Shown here: positions 29,115 through 41,974 of the stretch, in pieces
Layout of the letters: each line of letters starts with the position of its first letter
Position numbering within the stretch: the stretch's first letter is position 1
Assembly: GCA_044440125.1 (NCBI GenBank)
Contig: JBITAJ010000002.1
Span: 29,281-93,280 of the forward strand
From: Sedimentisphaeraceae bacterium JB056
Lineage (GTDB): Bacteria; Planctomycetota; Phycisphaerae; Sedimentisphaerales; Sedimentisphaeraceae
DNA length: 64,000 nucleotides
Reading direction: 5' to 3'
Notes under the pieces: model-generated
The model's database searches: none
Seen by the model: only the letters and a program-made list of their open reading frames with translations
Told to the model about the DNA's origin: nothing
Translations under genes and position numbers: made by a program

Positions 29115-30443
29115 TTAATGACCAATTGAAAGTTTAATGATTATATCGCTTCTATTAAGACCTAAGTTATCCAATTTAATTTCTGTACTATCCGCTCTTT
29201 GCCTGACTAATGCATTGCCACCTGTCAAAACTCTGTGAGAGTGTATTTGAGGAAATTGTCCCAATTCAATGCTTGCCCCATTATAATTAAGAACATGAAT
29301 ATAAACAGTATCATCTCTACGAGTTGATCCTCCCCAATTCAACGGCATTACTGGTCCAGCAGATGTAGCATAAATACTATCACCATTTTCAGCTAACCAA
29401 TTTCCGATTTCTTTCAGACGCATCACCTGCCTGTCTTCAATCTCACCATTCGGCATAGGCCCTACATTGAGCAATAAATTACCTCCTCCACAAGCAGATA
29501 ACACCAGACTTCTTACACATTCCTCAAAAGTAAACATCTTCCCACCAGGCATCCACGACCACTGATCGCCAACAAGCGTAAGACAGGATTCCCAAGGCCT
29601 GTCGAGTTGGTAGTTACCAATTCTTTGTTCCGGAGTATCAAAGTCACCCCAGAACTTCTCTGGACCATCGTTATAATCGGCAAGAATACTCAAGCGATTG
29701 TTTATTAATATACCTGGCTGCAACGAACGAGCCATAGTAAGAATACCCTCAATATCCCAATCTTTTTCTAAATCACTTTCACCAAAACTATCAAACCATA
29801 ATATATCAACATTGCCATAATTAGTGAGCAACTCTCTAAGCTGATCATGCATGAATTTATTATATTTTGAATTATCCCCTTGCAAGTAATCTTTATGATA
29901 CCAATCACGCTGAGAATAATATATACCAAATCGAAGTCCTCCATTATGACATGCATCAGCCAACTCTCTGACTATATCACGCTTAAATGGTGTATTTGCA
30001 ATATTATAATCAGAGTATTGTGTATGAAAATTCGAAAACCCATCATGGTGTTTTGCGGTAAACACTAGATATTTCATACCGGCATCCTGAGCTATCTGAA
30101 CCCATTGCTCAGCATCAAATTTAACAGGATTAAATTCCCTATAGAGATTATCATACTCATCAACTGGAACAAGCAATTTACCCGCCCCATCATCAGAAGG
30201 CAATAATTCATCATTGATATCAAAAGGCCTCTTTGCATCACGGCACCAACTTATATCGCCACCAGCAATACTGATTGCCCCCCAATGTATAAACAAACCA
30301 AATTTGGCGTCACGAAACCACTGCAACTCTTGAGGTGTCGCTCGCCATGGCTTGCCAAGCCCTATAGTTTGCTTATCAAAACTTGCATATTCAGTATTAT
30401 CACTGCTTAAATTGTTCAACTTTAATCCCATATCCATAATCAT
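29115..30443 (-). CDS. GH29 alpha-L-fucosidase
   Basis: WFRDAKFGLFIHWG, TAKHHDGF, LWFD, INNR, GDFDTPEQ, WESC, GNLLLNVGP. Confidence 0.93.
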   Translation of the reverse strand: MIMDMGLKLNNLSSDNTEYASFDKQTIGLGKPWRATPQELQWFRDAKFGLFIHWGAISIAGGDISWCRDAKRPFDINDELLPSDDGAGKLLVPVDEYDNLYREFNPVKFDAEQWVQIAQDAGMKYLVFTAKHHDGFSNFHTQYSDYNIANTPFKRDIVRELADACHNGGLRFGIYYSQRDWYHKDYLQGDNSKYNKFMHDQLRELLTNYGNVDILWFDSFGESDLEKDWDIEGILTMARSLQPGILINNRLSILADYNDGPEKFWGDFDTPEQRIGNYQLDRPWESCLTLVGDQWSWMPGGKMFTFEECVRSLVLSACGGGNLLLNVGPMPNGEIEDRQVMRLKEIGNWLAENGDSIYATSAGPVMPLNWGGSTRRDDTVYIHVLNYNGASIELGQFPQIHSHRVLTGGNALVRQRADSTEIKLDNLGLNRSDIIIKLSIGH

Positions 30444-30489
30444 AAATCATTAAAACTTAGTTTTCGACAAGAAAAAACACCCTTTGTCA

Positions 30490-32973
<2,484 letters not shown>

Positions 32974-33094
32974 ATTTATCCTTATCCAGATAAGTAAATA
33001 ACTAATTGAAACCATGAATATTTTTGTATAAATCTAATAGCATTAGCTATTTTCAGAACTCAACATATGTCATAATTTCTACTAAAAACAGTCA

Positions 33095-34615
33095 TCAATA
33101 ACCCGGTATTTTTTTATCATCCAATCCAACATAAGACCATGAATCATCTTCAACAGGCTGAATCTCAACTAAACAAATTTCATTCCTCTGGAGTTTCAGA
33201 TTAATCTGAACGCAACCATTTTCAGTAACATCCTGCTTTGTCTCTAATTTAGGTACAGGTGCTTGATGAAGCGTATCGACTTGTTCTTTTGATGAGAAAC
33301 GAGGTCTGCCAAGTTTACGCCAACAAGACCATGCATTGCCATATTCTTCGTTAACACGTTGATTTTTAACAAAAACCTTTCCAATCGACATTGGTATATC
33401 AATAGTAAAACTTGTCTCTCCAGAAACATCACGTGTCACAACAGGATTCCAAGCCACTAATATTATCGTTTTGTCAGCTCTCCTAGTCACAACCATATTC
33501 TCATCTTTGTAAAGTAATTCGTCACCCAATTTAGAAAAGAAAGCAAATAGATGAAATGTAGGCTTGCGTATTCCATGAAATCCTAACAATCCAAATCCTC
33601 CATGAAACATCGCCTTAGGTACATCTTCTTCTTCAAACATATCCGAAAAAGTCCAATAAGAATAAGAATCACCAACATCTCCGCCATGACTAAGCAGATA
33701 TCCCAAAAAAGCAGCATTCAATGCGGTATCATGTATAGGTGATCTCGCTGAATATGAAGTATTATATTCGGTAATATGAAGCGGCAAATTAGAAAACGAA
33801 GATTTTTGTATACGCTGACGAGCATCACGGAATTGATTTAACGAATGAGCAACAGAATGCATGTCCTGATAAGTAAGCTCTCCCAAATGATTTCGAGACT
33901 TAGCTGCATAAGAATGAGTCGAAACAAAATCAACAGGAACATTTTCCTTGTCACACATTTCAAGAAACGGTGTTATCCAGTTAATACCTGCCGGGCAAGT
34001 TGCCGGACCTCCTACATGCAAATCCTGATCAATCTCCTTAATAGCACTTACAGTTTCTCGATAAAGTCTAAAATATTCTTCTTGTGTACCACTCCAGAAA
34101 CCAGAACAATCCGGCTCATTCCAAACCTCAAAGGGCCACTTCAACACCTCTTCGCGACCATAACGGCACAAAAGATGCGAAACAAAGCCTTTCACTAATC
34201 TCTTCCATTCGCCATAATCTTTAGGTGGCGTCACATTACCCTTCCACCAAAATATAGTTTCTTCTCCAGATGCAAGATCATTGGGCATAAATCCCAACTC
34301 CACAAAAGGCCGAATCCCCTTATCAAGAAAACTATCATAAATCATATCCAAATATATAAAATTAAGATTTGTGCATTTAACCAAAGGGTCTTCCGTACGT
34401 TTCCACAATTGTCCGCGATATATACCAACTGGGTCACTAAATAAACCATGTCCTCTGATATAATCAAAGCCAATTTCATCCTGTATAATACTCAAGGAAT
34501 TTTGGTATTCCTGACGTAACGCCAAACCTAAATGTCCTGTACCTATACATTTTCGCCAATTTAGCAAAAACTTCTTCGTGACCTCATCATTTTTAATGAT
34601 AACTTTTTTACTCAT
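33095..34615 (-). CDS. GH39 beta-xylosidase-like
   Basis: YIRGHG, PFVELGFMP, EVWNEP, STHSY, ITEYN, SYWTFSD.FEE. Confidence 0.93.
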   Translation of the reverse strand: MSKKVIIKNDEVTKKFLLNWRKCIGTGHLGLALRQEYQNSLSIIQDEIGFDYIRGHGLFSDPVGIYRGQLWKRTEDPLVKCTNLNFIYLDMIYDSFLDKGIRPFVELGFMPNDLASGEETIFWWKGNVTPPKDYGEWKRLVKGFVSHLLCRYGREEVLKWPFEVWNEPDCSGFWSGTQEEYFRLYRETVSAIKEIDQDLHVGGPATCPAGINWITPFLEMCDKENVPVDFVSTHSYAAKSRNHLGELTYQDMHSVAHSLNQFRDARQRIQKSSFSNLPLHITEYNTSYSARSPIHDTALNAAFLGYLLSHGGDVGDSYSYWTFSDMFEEEDVPKAMFHGGFGLLGFHGIRKPTFHLFAFFSKLGDELLYKDENMVVTRRADKTIILVAWNPVVTRDVSGETSFTIDIPMSIGKVFVKNQRVNEEYGNAWSCWRKLGRPRFSSKEQVDTLHQAPVPKLETKQDVTENGCVQINLKLQRNEICLVEIQPVEDDSWSYVGLDDKKIPGY

Positions 34616-34637
34616 AAAATCTCATATCCATTTAACA

Positions 34638-35414
34638 TCATCGCTTCAAATTTGAAACTAATTCTAATTCTGCATACTCTTCGTATAAATGATAATAAGT
34701 CTTTGAAAGCTGAGGAGCCATACTACGCTCTCTTGGATCCAGACATCTGGAATAATTGTATCTACTTACCAGAATTGTCCATTTCTGCCCCACTCCAAAT
34801 CCATAACCATAAGCCTCTAACTCATTAATAGGCATAGCCATTTCGGCTTTCCAGCCTGTATCTACATCACGCCACATATTGAGAGTCCCCATATTCTTCG
34901 CAGCGACTTTAAGATTACAAGAATATTTTTCAAGGCAATCAGGTAAGCCTAAGTATCCCCGTGAAGGCCACAAAAAACTGCTCTTATTACCTGCAGGCGT
35001 AACATACAACTCCCAATAATAAGTCTGTTCTTTAGGCTTTAAGAATAGTTCGCAAAGATCTCCATACCTGTAATGCAGCTGCTGATCATCCTGCCGTTGA
35101 GCTACTATATCAGAATCTAAAAAATCCGCAGCCAAATAGAAATACTCATCATCCCAGGCAAATTTTACACTTCCCTGCTCGGCAGGAATATTACCAGCCT
35201 TATCCTTGGCTAAGGCTAATTGATATGCCGGCGTCTGCTGCCATACAAAATCGTTCAAATCGCCATCTATCTTAACCGGAACAGCAGTATAGGTAGCTTT
35301 ATAAACATCACGCTCAGAAGCCACGTCACTATTTAACTGTATTCCACAACCTGTTATGAATACAGCTGCTGATACAAAAAACAGCATCTTCTTCATACTA
35401 AAATCATTGAACAT
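34638..35414 (-). CDS. Carbohydrate-binding family 9-like (DOMON-like) lipoprotein
   Basis: Lipobox-like FITGC; KIDGDLND..W, WDDEYFY, GDLCELF, WKAEMAMP. Confidence 0.75.
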   Translation of the reverse strand: MFNDFSMKKMLFFVSAAVFITGCGIQLNSDVASERDVYKATYTAVPVKIDGDLNDFVWQQTPAYQLALAKDKAGNIPAEQGSVKFAWDDEYFYLAADFLDSDIVAQRQDDQQLHYRYGDLCELFLKPKEQTYYWELYVTPAGNKSSFLWPSRGYLGLPDCLEKYSCNLKVAAKNMGTLNMWRDVDTGWKAEMAMPINELEAYGYGFGVGQKWTILVSRYNYSRCLDPRERSMAPQLSKTYYHLYEEYAELELVSNLKR

Positions 35415-35421
35415 ATTGTTT

Positions 35422-37662
35422 TCAATTCAAATTCCATAAATCTTTTAAGATATTAGATTTATTCCACACAAGATAAATGGAATAGGCACCCCACACATGA
35501 GATGGGTTACCTCCTGTAAAGTTTTCCCACAACATGCCATCTGCGTGAATCATATCACCAAACACAAGCTCTACGTATTTCTTTGCCAATTCCTTATAAC
35601 CATAACGTAATAATCCCTCTACAACATATCTACTGCCTGCAGGTGAACCAACACGGATCATTGATTTATCAGGATCCATACAAGTCTTAATCATCGCATC
35701 AGCAGCATTCTGTTCAAGCAGTCCTGCTGCAAGTGCGGCATAGCAAGGCAATTCGCTTGGCGGGAACTTGGATGGATCTGCCGCCGGAAATTGTTCAACA
35801 ATAAGAGAGTTCTCACTATCCCAAAAACATTCAGTATATCCAGATTCAGCACGCTGCCTGACATCATTTATAACGGATGAATAATCACCATCACCAGCTA
35901 ACTCAAAGGCATACCCAACTGCTCTCAACACTCTCAGCCAGTTGGCATTTATAGTTGCATTTACGCCAAGAGTTCGCGGTGCACGAAAATCATAAGGGCA
36001 TATTGTAGAAATCGTGCTCTTATCGAAAAAACTCTTTTTATTCGCAATAAGAGGATGAATTGCAATATCACGTGTCCAATCCATGAACAATCGCCCCGGC
36101 AACTCATCCAACAAACCATTAGGACTCATAAACTGCAAGAAAGTTTCAACACGCTGTTTTAGAAATGGAAGCAGCCACTTGGCTCTCGGCTCATACCGCT
36201 CTGCATACCAACATACCCCCTCTATTATAAGCAGCTCCGAAACTGGTATTTTATCTAAAAAATCAGATGGAATAACCGCTCTCAAGAAGTGACCAGCCGA
36301 TGAATCGGCAACTATTGCATGAACCAGTCTCCTTATTGGTCCAGTATCACAAAAAGCCTCTGCAATAATTTGGCCGCTAAGCATCCCATCACCAAGCCAT
36401 TGAGCCCGTTCACGTGTTGGACAATCAAATATAGAATCACTGCTGCATATCTCCAATGTCCGCCTGCTGACTTCCATGCCTTTTGATAAAATATCGTCTG
36501 AGCCGCAATCATTTACTTCAGCAGCAGGAAGATTACAGATAGTTGGTATAATTTTCAATTCCAACTCATCTATAAATCCCGCATTATCTGAAGCCAATAC
36601 TATATAACGTAATCCATAACTTCTGAAACTTGTCCAAACTGTTTCGCCTGCTTGAAATTCAATAGACCCGCAATCACAAATATCGCCGTAAAGTTCAGAG
36701 ACTGGCTTCTTCTCAATACCACGGTATGAATATACAAAATCAATTTTACAGGATTTCCTGCATTTTATACGAATCTGAATAAAGCCGCTAACCTGACATA
36801 CAAAATCAAAAATAGTAGCAGCTGCCTTATGCATATCAGTCAAATAGCATACTGCCCCATTCCCCCAATCATGAACATCATCAACCTCTAATTTACTCAG
36901 ATCAACAGGTCGATAATCTGGCGGAACAAACTCTCCATTCTTGAGAATATCATGATACCAAACACCAAGTGAAGATTGCCATCTCTGCCATACTTTGAGC
37001 GAATATTCATCTATTCTATCATGAGATACCCGAGGCAATTGATCTAAACTTACAGCTCTGCAATAAGTTGGCTCAACAGCATCACTCATCGGTGGATGCC
37101 CATGCTCTGCCTTTATAGCCTTATTATACAGCACACAATCAGGCAATACACTAACAGGATGTATATCAGAAATCACAGGCGGCTTAGGCTCTATTCCATT
37201 AGAATCAGCAGTAAATATCTCAGAAAATTCTCGCAAAAACCAACTTGACGGAACATCAGACTGCCACTGCTGACAATCAACAGCTCTCCATGACTCTCCT
37301 GTCGCAAAGATGGTTTCAGCGGCAGAGCTTTTGCACTCTGCCGCCAACCATGGTGATATCATATCCATCTCAGCCGAAGGTCTGGCGGCATGATGAGCTA
37401 AAATAGCAATTTCAACATTATCATCATGTGCCGCAATAGTATGTTCTGTAACAAACAGCAATTTATGTGTCCCACGCCATGGCCCCCATGAATGTAACTG
37501 CCCGTTAACATAAATCCTATATGGAACGGTTGAAATAACACGAAGTGTAACTTCTTCACGTATTTCGACCGAACAAGAAGGCTGCAGCCATACATATCTA
37601 TTCACACGCTGCGGAGAATCTAACCATATCGGCTTTGCTGAATTAAATACTTCAGATATCAA
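35422..37662 (-). CDS. GH78 alpha-L-rhamnosidase-like protein
   Basis: YGLRY, DCPTRERAQWLGD, FMDW, LWENF...SHVWG; TTG start. Confidence 0.8.
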   Translation of the reverse strand: MISEVFNSAKPIWLDSPQRVNRYVWLQPSCSVEIREEVTLRVISTVPYRIYVNGQLHSWGPWRGTHKLLFVTEHTIAAHDDNVEIAILAHHAARPSAEMDMISPWLAAECKSSAAETIFATGESWRAVDCQQWQSDVPSSWFLREFSEIFTADSNGIEPKPPVISDIHPVSVLPDCVLYNKAIKAEHGHPPMSDAVEPTYCRAVSLDQLPRVSHDRIDEYSLKVWQRWQSSLGVWYHDILKNGEFVPPDYRPVDLSKLEVDDVHDWGNGAVCYLTDMHKAAATIFDFVCQVSGFIQIRIKCRKSCKIDFVYSYRGIEKKPVSELYGDICDCGSIEFQAGETVWTSFRSYGLRYIVLASDNAGFIDELELKIIPTICNLPAAEVNDCGSDDILSKGMEVSRRTLEICSSDSIFDCPTRERAQWLGDGMLSGQIIAEAFCDTGPIRRLVHAIVADSSAGHFLRAVIPSDFLDKIPVSELLIIEGVCWYAERYEPRAKWLLPFLKQRVETFLQFMSPNGLLDELPGRLFMDWTRDIAIHPLIANKKSFFDKSTISTICPYDFRAPRTLGVNATINANWLRVLRAVGYAFELAGDGDYSSVINDVRQRAESGYTECFWDSENSLIVEQFPAADPSKFPPSELPCYAALAAGLLEQNAADAMIKTCMDPDKSMIRVGSPAGSRYVVEGLLRYGYKELAKKYVELVFGDMIHADGMLWENFTGGNPSHVWGAYSIYLVWNKSNILKDLWNLN

Positions 37663-37680
37663 ACTATTGCCCCCTGCTGT

Positions 37681-40600
37681 CTACTCTACTTGCCATATAA
37701 TCGTCTCCCATGGCTTAATATTAATATTTAATTCACTATCAGATATCTCTGCCTGCAAATCACGGCTAAGTCCCCATGGTGTGAGTATAGCATTTTGGAT
37801 ATAGCCTGTAGTATCAATACTCACCTGTCTCTCCTGCGAAGTTCCATTAACAAGAACAACCCAAGATCCAAGAGTCCGCTCCCAAACAGCCATAAAGAGG
37901 TTATCAGTAGTACTTCCGCCTTCAAGAATAACATTAGGGTCATGACACGGCTTAGTAGCGAAAACAAACTTACGGAATTCTCTGCCTGCAGGGGCAAAAG
38001 TTTCTCTAAGCCAGCTATCATCCTCTCCTTCATTAAGAATAGGAGTGATCGAACGTCCATAAGAATACCATTCGAGACCTCTTGCTCCCTGTATTACCAT
38101 TGCATAGTTCCAGTAACGAACTTCTGTTTGATTCGGAAAACGGTTATTAAGAGTTATATTATCCCAAGCACCTACTCCGAATGACAGTCGATTATGCAGC
38201 TGTAAACTTGCCATTACCTCATCAGGAGAAGTTGACGCTGCTGTACTAAACCAATTTGTAGCAGAATCTGCCGGTGCTGTCGGGAATATCTCGTCATTAA
38301 CAGGATATCTGTTTGTTATGAATACGTCTTCAACCGGTGAATATCCCCACCAATCCGGGTCATGCTTCTGGCAATGTCCCATAGCAACAGGAATATCAGG
38401 AGTGAGAGTCTTCAGCATAGTATAGAAATCGGTAATCTGACTGCAAACAATATCATACGATTCAGGTTCATCTTCCAAAAACCAGAAACTCATCGAATCA
38501 TGATTCTTCACTGCAGTTGCAATCTGCTCAAGATTATCAACTCCATTAGGATCAAGAACCCACTTTCGCAAACGCAGATTTACCATAACCTTCATCCCAT
38601 GTTCTTCGGCCAAATCCATATAATCACTCAATTCAGTAATAGAGTTCGCCACATCTAAAGATGAATGATCCCATCGCTGCACATGAGTTACGCCGCAATC
38701 TCTAACAATCTCAAGATCGGAATCATCCTCACCAACATCCATAAAGATCACAGGGAATTCATTGGAATCAAGAGTAAATACTGCCGGAGTCAAGTTTGAA
38801 GTCATAAAATAAACAGCAGACATTTCGCTATACTTATTTATTAAAGTAAGCTTAATATCTCCACCATAAAAAGCGGCCAGATTTACATCTATCCTTGTAT
38901 CACTTACCCATGTCACAGACTCAATATAAGCATAATCAGAGACTACCTCAATATCAGGATCAAATGCTTTAAGTACATTTCCACTGAACCCGGTCTCTCC
39001 ATATATAGAAACTGTCGTAAATTGTTCATACGGCAAGACTCCATTGAGAGAATCAGCATATGGACAAGGAACTGCCCTTTCTCGTCTCAGAGATACATTA
39101 TCAACATAAATTTCACTACCAGAGGAAGAGGACTGCATATCAAAAGCTAAATCCAATTCCGTTTCCTGACTATTAGAATCGTAACAAATATAATCAGTAA
39201 CCCATTGATTCAATGTCAAATCAATATCAACCGCAGAGCCTTGTCCTATTGTAGCAGTAAAAGTAGAAGGCGTACTAACATCTTTAACATCCAGAGCCAG
39301 AAGATACTCACGACTTGCAACGGTATCAATAACTGTTCTATTAGTCAAAGATGCTGTATCAGCAGTACTTGCCCCTTCAGCAAACCAAGACCAGTTAGAT
39401 GAACAGTAATCAGATGTTGTAAATCCTGCATCAGCAGTATTGCAAATTGATGTAAGCCAGTAAGTACGATCGCCAATGGTATTGGTTTCATCCGGATCGT
39501 CAAAATCACCATTACCTGACAACAGGTCAGCTCCATAGATATTTTTCATTGTATATATTGAACTTAACCCACTATACACATTCGTAAGAGTCAACTCTAC
39601 ATCCTGATCAGACTCACATGTAACAAACATATTTACGGTGACAGTATAATCATCAACCCAGGTTACGGAGTTTATAGTTGCCTGACTACTTGACATTTGG
39701 ATATCTGGATCAAATAACCTGCAGAAACTACCATCTGACTCTCCATCACAGTAGACAGTAAACTGGCTATTCTGTCCATACGGCAAAACTCCTCCAAATG
39801 AATCGCTACATGGCTCAGGAATGCACCTCTCACGTTTTAATGTTACATCATCTACATAAACATTATCATCCGCAGAGTTTGAATACATACAAATAACAAG
39901 GTCGATTTCATCTTCTGCAGATCCAGTTAAGTAATAACCATAATTATATGCAAAATATGTCCACGCCAATCCCAGACTCTGCCATCCACTGCTTCCAAGA
40001 CTGTATTGCAGCCATGAAGGAGAGCTTACTCCTTGCCTTGCATATAATTCCAGAGTATGATATCTGTTAGCAACTGTCTCAATATCCTGATAATAAGCCC
40101 TTGCCTGTTTTGAAGATGCAGTACTACCACCATGCCATGAATACATACCAGAGTTAGATAAGGTATCAGTTATTTCAGATACCTGGCCACCATCTGCCCA
40201 GAATGTCCAAGGACCAACACCACTTGCGCCTTGGCTCTCAAAATTTCCTTCTCCAGTAAGAAGATCGACTCCATAGCTGCCAACGTTCATCATATAAGAA
40301 GTCTCAAGACAGCTATACTCATTTCTAAGAACTAATTCAATAGCACCATCTTGATCATCTTCTACAGTCAACTCCACATCAATCTGAGTATCGCTTATCC
40401 AGGTTACGCTATGTATATCCGCATCAGTACAAGTAACTGTAATATCTGGATCAAAACTACCCCAGAAAGTACCATTTGATCGCTGAGCTCCATAAATGGA
40501 AAGAGTCACACGCTGATCATAAGGCAAAACACCACCAAAAGAATCTGAATTGGGGTCTGGTATGCACCGTTCACGATACACTGCTATATCGTCAACATAA

Positions 40601-41850
40601 AGAGTATCATTTGTAGAATTAGTATAAACAGCCACAGTCAAATTAGGTGATACTTCATCCACATCAGTTGCCTGATAGAGTGTAGTCCCGGCAAAAGAGT
40701 TAAAAATATTAGATACTATATCCATTGAACTGTCCCAGCTGTCACTGCCAATCCTTGCTCTTGCCCAGGAAGGAGAGCTGTCCTGACATCTGGCATATGC
40801 TACGATCTTATGCAAACGGTTGCCAAATGTATTCAGAGTTGTCCAGGCACGGATATTCTTACCGGCAGATACCGCAGGCCCTGCCTTCCAGGCATAAGAG
40901 CCTGAAGAGACAACATTACTACTGATAGTTGAAGATTCACCGCCATCAGCCCACAACGTCCATGGACCGCTGCCTCCGTCAAATTCAAAACCGCCTGCAC
41001 TATCAAAAATATTAGCTCCATATGTATCAAAAGACATTACATATTCAGCTTTAAGATCGCTATACTGATTAATCAAAACAAGGCACACATTACTGTCAAC
41101 AGCAGTTACTGTGAGATTAACCTGTATCTCTTTGTCATCTACCCAATTAACATAATTAATAACTGCCTCATCGCAAATAACAGTAACATCATTGTCAAAA
41201 TTGTAATTATAGGTTCCATCATTGCCATCAGAGCAATATATACTCACCGTAACATTGTCTGCACACGGCAAAATACCACCACAGGAATCATCGTTAGGAT
41301 CAGGCATGCATCTCTCTCTGTAAAGAGCAACTTTATCTGCATAGACATTGTCATTTGCGGAATTCGAATACATTCCAAGAGTCAGATCTATAACGTCCTC
41401 GTCAGTCCCTGTTGTATAATATTTTTCACTCTTAATGAAATCAGTGAATAATAGACTTAAATCCTGCCATCCGCTGTCACCTAAGCGATATCTGAACCAC
41501 GATGGAGAGCTGACTTGTTTTCGCGCATAAACAATCAACTTATGTTGACGATTGCCTGCAGTCTCAATATCACTCCACCATACCCTGATGTTTTCACCTC
41601 CGGATGTAGATTCTCCATGCCATGAATAAGTACCGCTATAGGGTAATGAGCTGACAATTTCTGATATCTGTCCGCCATCTGCCCAGATAGTACAGGGTCC
41701 TATACCTGTTTCACCCTGAATCTCAAAGTCACCAGTACCATCTAATATATCGTCTCCCCACTCAACTGCTGATAGAACAGGAGATAAAAAAAAGATTAAT
41801 AAAATCGAAAAGAAATAAAATCGCCAATTCACAACAACTCTTGTCTGCAT
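37681..41850 (-). CDS. Large secreted protein: four tandem ~248-aa modules plus putative GH TIM-barrel domain
   Basis: Signal peptide from ATG 41850; modules begin near 41760, 41022, 40275 and 39537; C-terminal domain with WFLEDEPE, NRYPV, GARGLEWY. Confidence 0.8.
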   Translation of the reverse strand: MQTRVVVNWRFYFFSILLIFFLSPVLSAVEWGDDILDGTGDFEIQGETGIGPCTIWADGGQISEIVSSLPYSGTYSWHGESTSGGENIRVWWSDIETAGNRQHKLIVYARKQVSSPSWFRYRLGDSGWQDLSLLFTDFIKSEKYYTTGTDEDVIDLTLGMYSNSANDNVYADKVALYRERCMPDPNDDSCGGILPCADNVTVSIYCSDGNDGTYNYNFDNDVTVICDEAVINYVNWVDDKEIQVNLTVTAVDSNVCLVLINQYSDLKAEYVMSFDTYGANIFDSAGGFEFDGGSGPWTLWADGGESSTISSNVVSSGSYAWKAGPAVSAGKNIRAWTTLNTFGNRLHKIVAYARCQDSSPSWARARIGSDSWDSSMDIVSNIFNSFAGTTLYQATDVDEVSPNLTVAVYTNSTNDTLYVDDIAVYRERCIPDPNSDSFGGVLPYDQRVTLSIYGAQRSNGTFWGSFDPDITVTCTDADIHSVTWISDTQIDVELTVEDDQDGAIELVLRNEYSCLETSYMMNVGSYGVDLLTGEGNFESQGASGVGPWTFWADGGQVSEITDTLSNSGMYSWHGGSTASSKQARAYYQDIETVANRYHTLELYARQGVSSPSWLQYSLGSSGWQSLGLAWTYFAYNYGYYLTGSAEDEIDLVICMYSNSADDNVYVDDVTLKRERCIPEPCSDSFGGVLPYGQNSQFTVYCDGESDGSFCRLFDPDIQMSSSQATINSVTWVDDYTVTVNMFVTCESDQDVELTLTNVYSGLSSIYTMKNIYGADLLSGNGDFDDPDETNTIGDRTYWLTSICNTADAGFTTSDYCSSNWSWFAEGASTADTASLTNRTVIDTVASREYLLALDVKDVSTPSTFTATIGQGSAVDIDLTLNQWVTDYICYDSNSQETELDLAFDMQSSSSGSEIYVDNVSLRRERAVPCPYADSLNGVLPYEQFTTVSIYGETGFSGNVLKAFDPDIEVVSDYAYIESVTWVSDTRIDVNLAAFYGGDIKLTLINKYSEMSAVYFMTSNLTPAVFTLDSNEFPVIFMDVGEDDSDLEIVRDCGVTHVQRWDHSSLDVANSITELSDYMDLAEEHGMKVMVNLRLRKWVLDPNGVDNLEQIATAVKNHDSMSFWFLEDEPESYDIVCSQITDFYTMLKTLTPDIPVAMGHCQKHDPDWWGYSPVEDVFITNRYPVNDEIFPTAPADSATNWFSTAASTSPDEVMASLQLHNRLSFGVGAWDNITLNNRFPNQTEVRYWNYAMVIQGARGLEWYSYGRSITPILNEGEDDSWLRETFAPAGREFRKFVFATKPCHDPNVILEGGSTTDNLFMAVWERTLGSWVVLVNGTSQERQVSIDTTGYIQNAILTPWGLSRDLQAEISDSELNINIKPWETIIWQVE

Positions 41851-41974
41851 AATTTTCTCCTTAAACTTTGAAATAAAACTTTTAAACAACCATAATAGGT
41901 TGACAACCAACACAAAATTTCAATCAATTAGACGTTCTGATCGTGAAAGATAAACAGTTCCAACTGCGAACTTC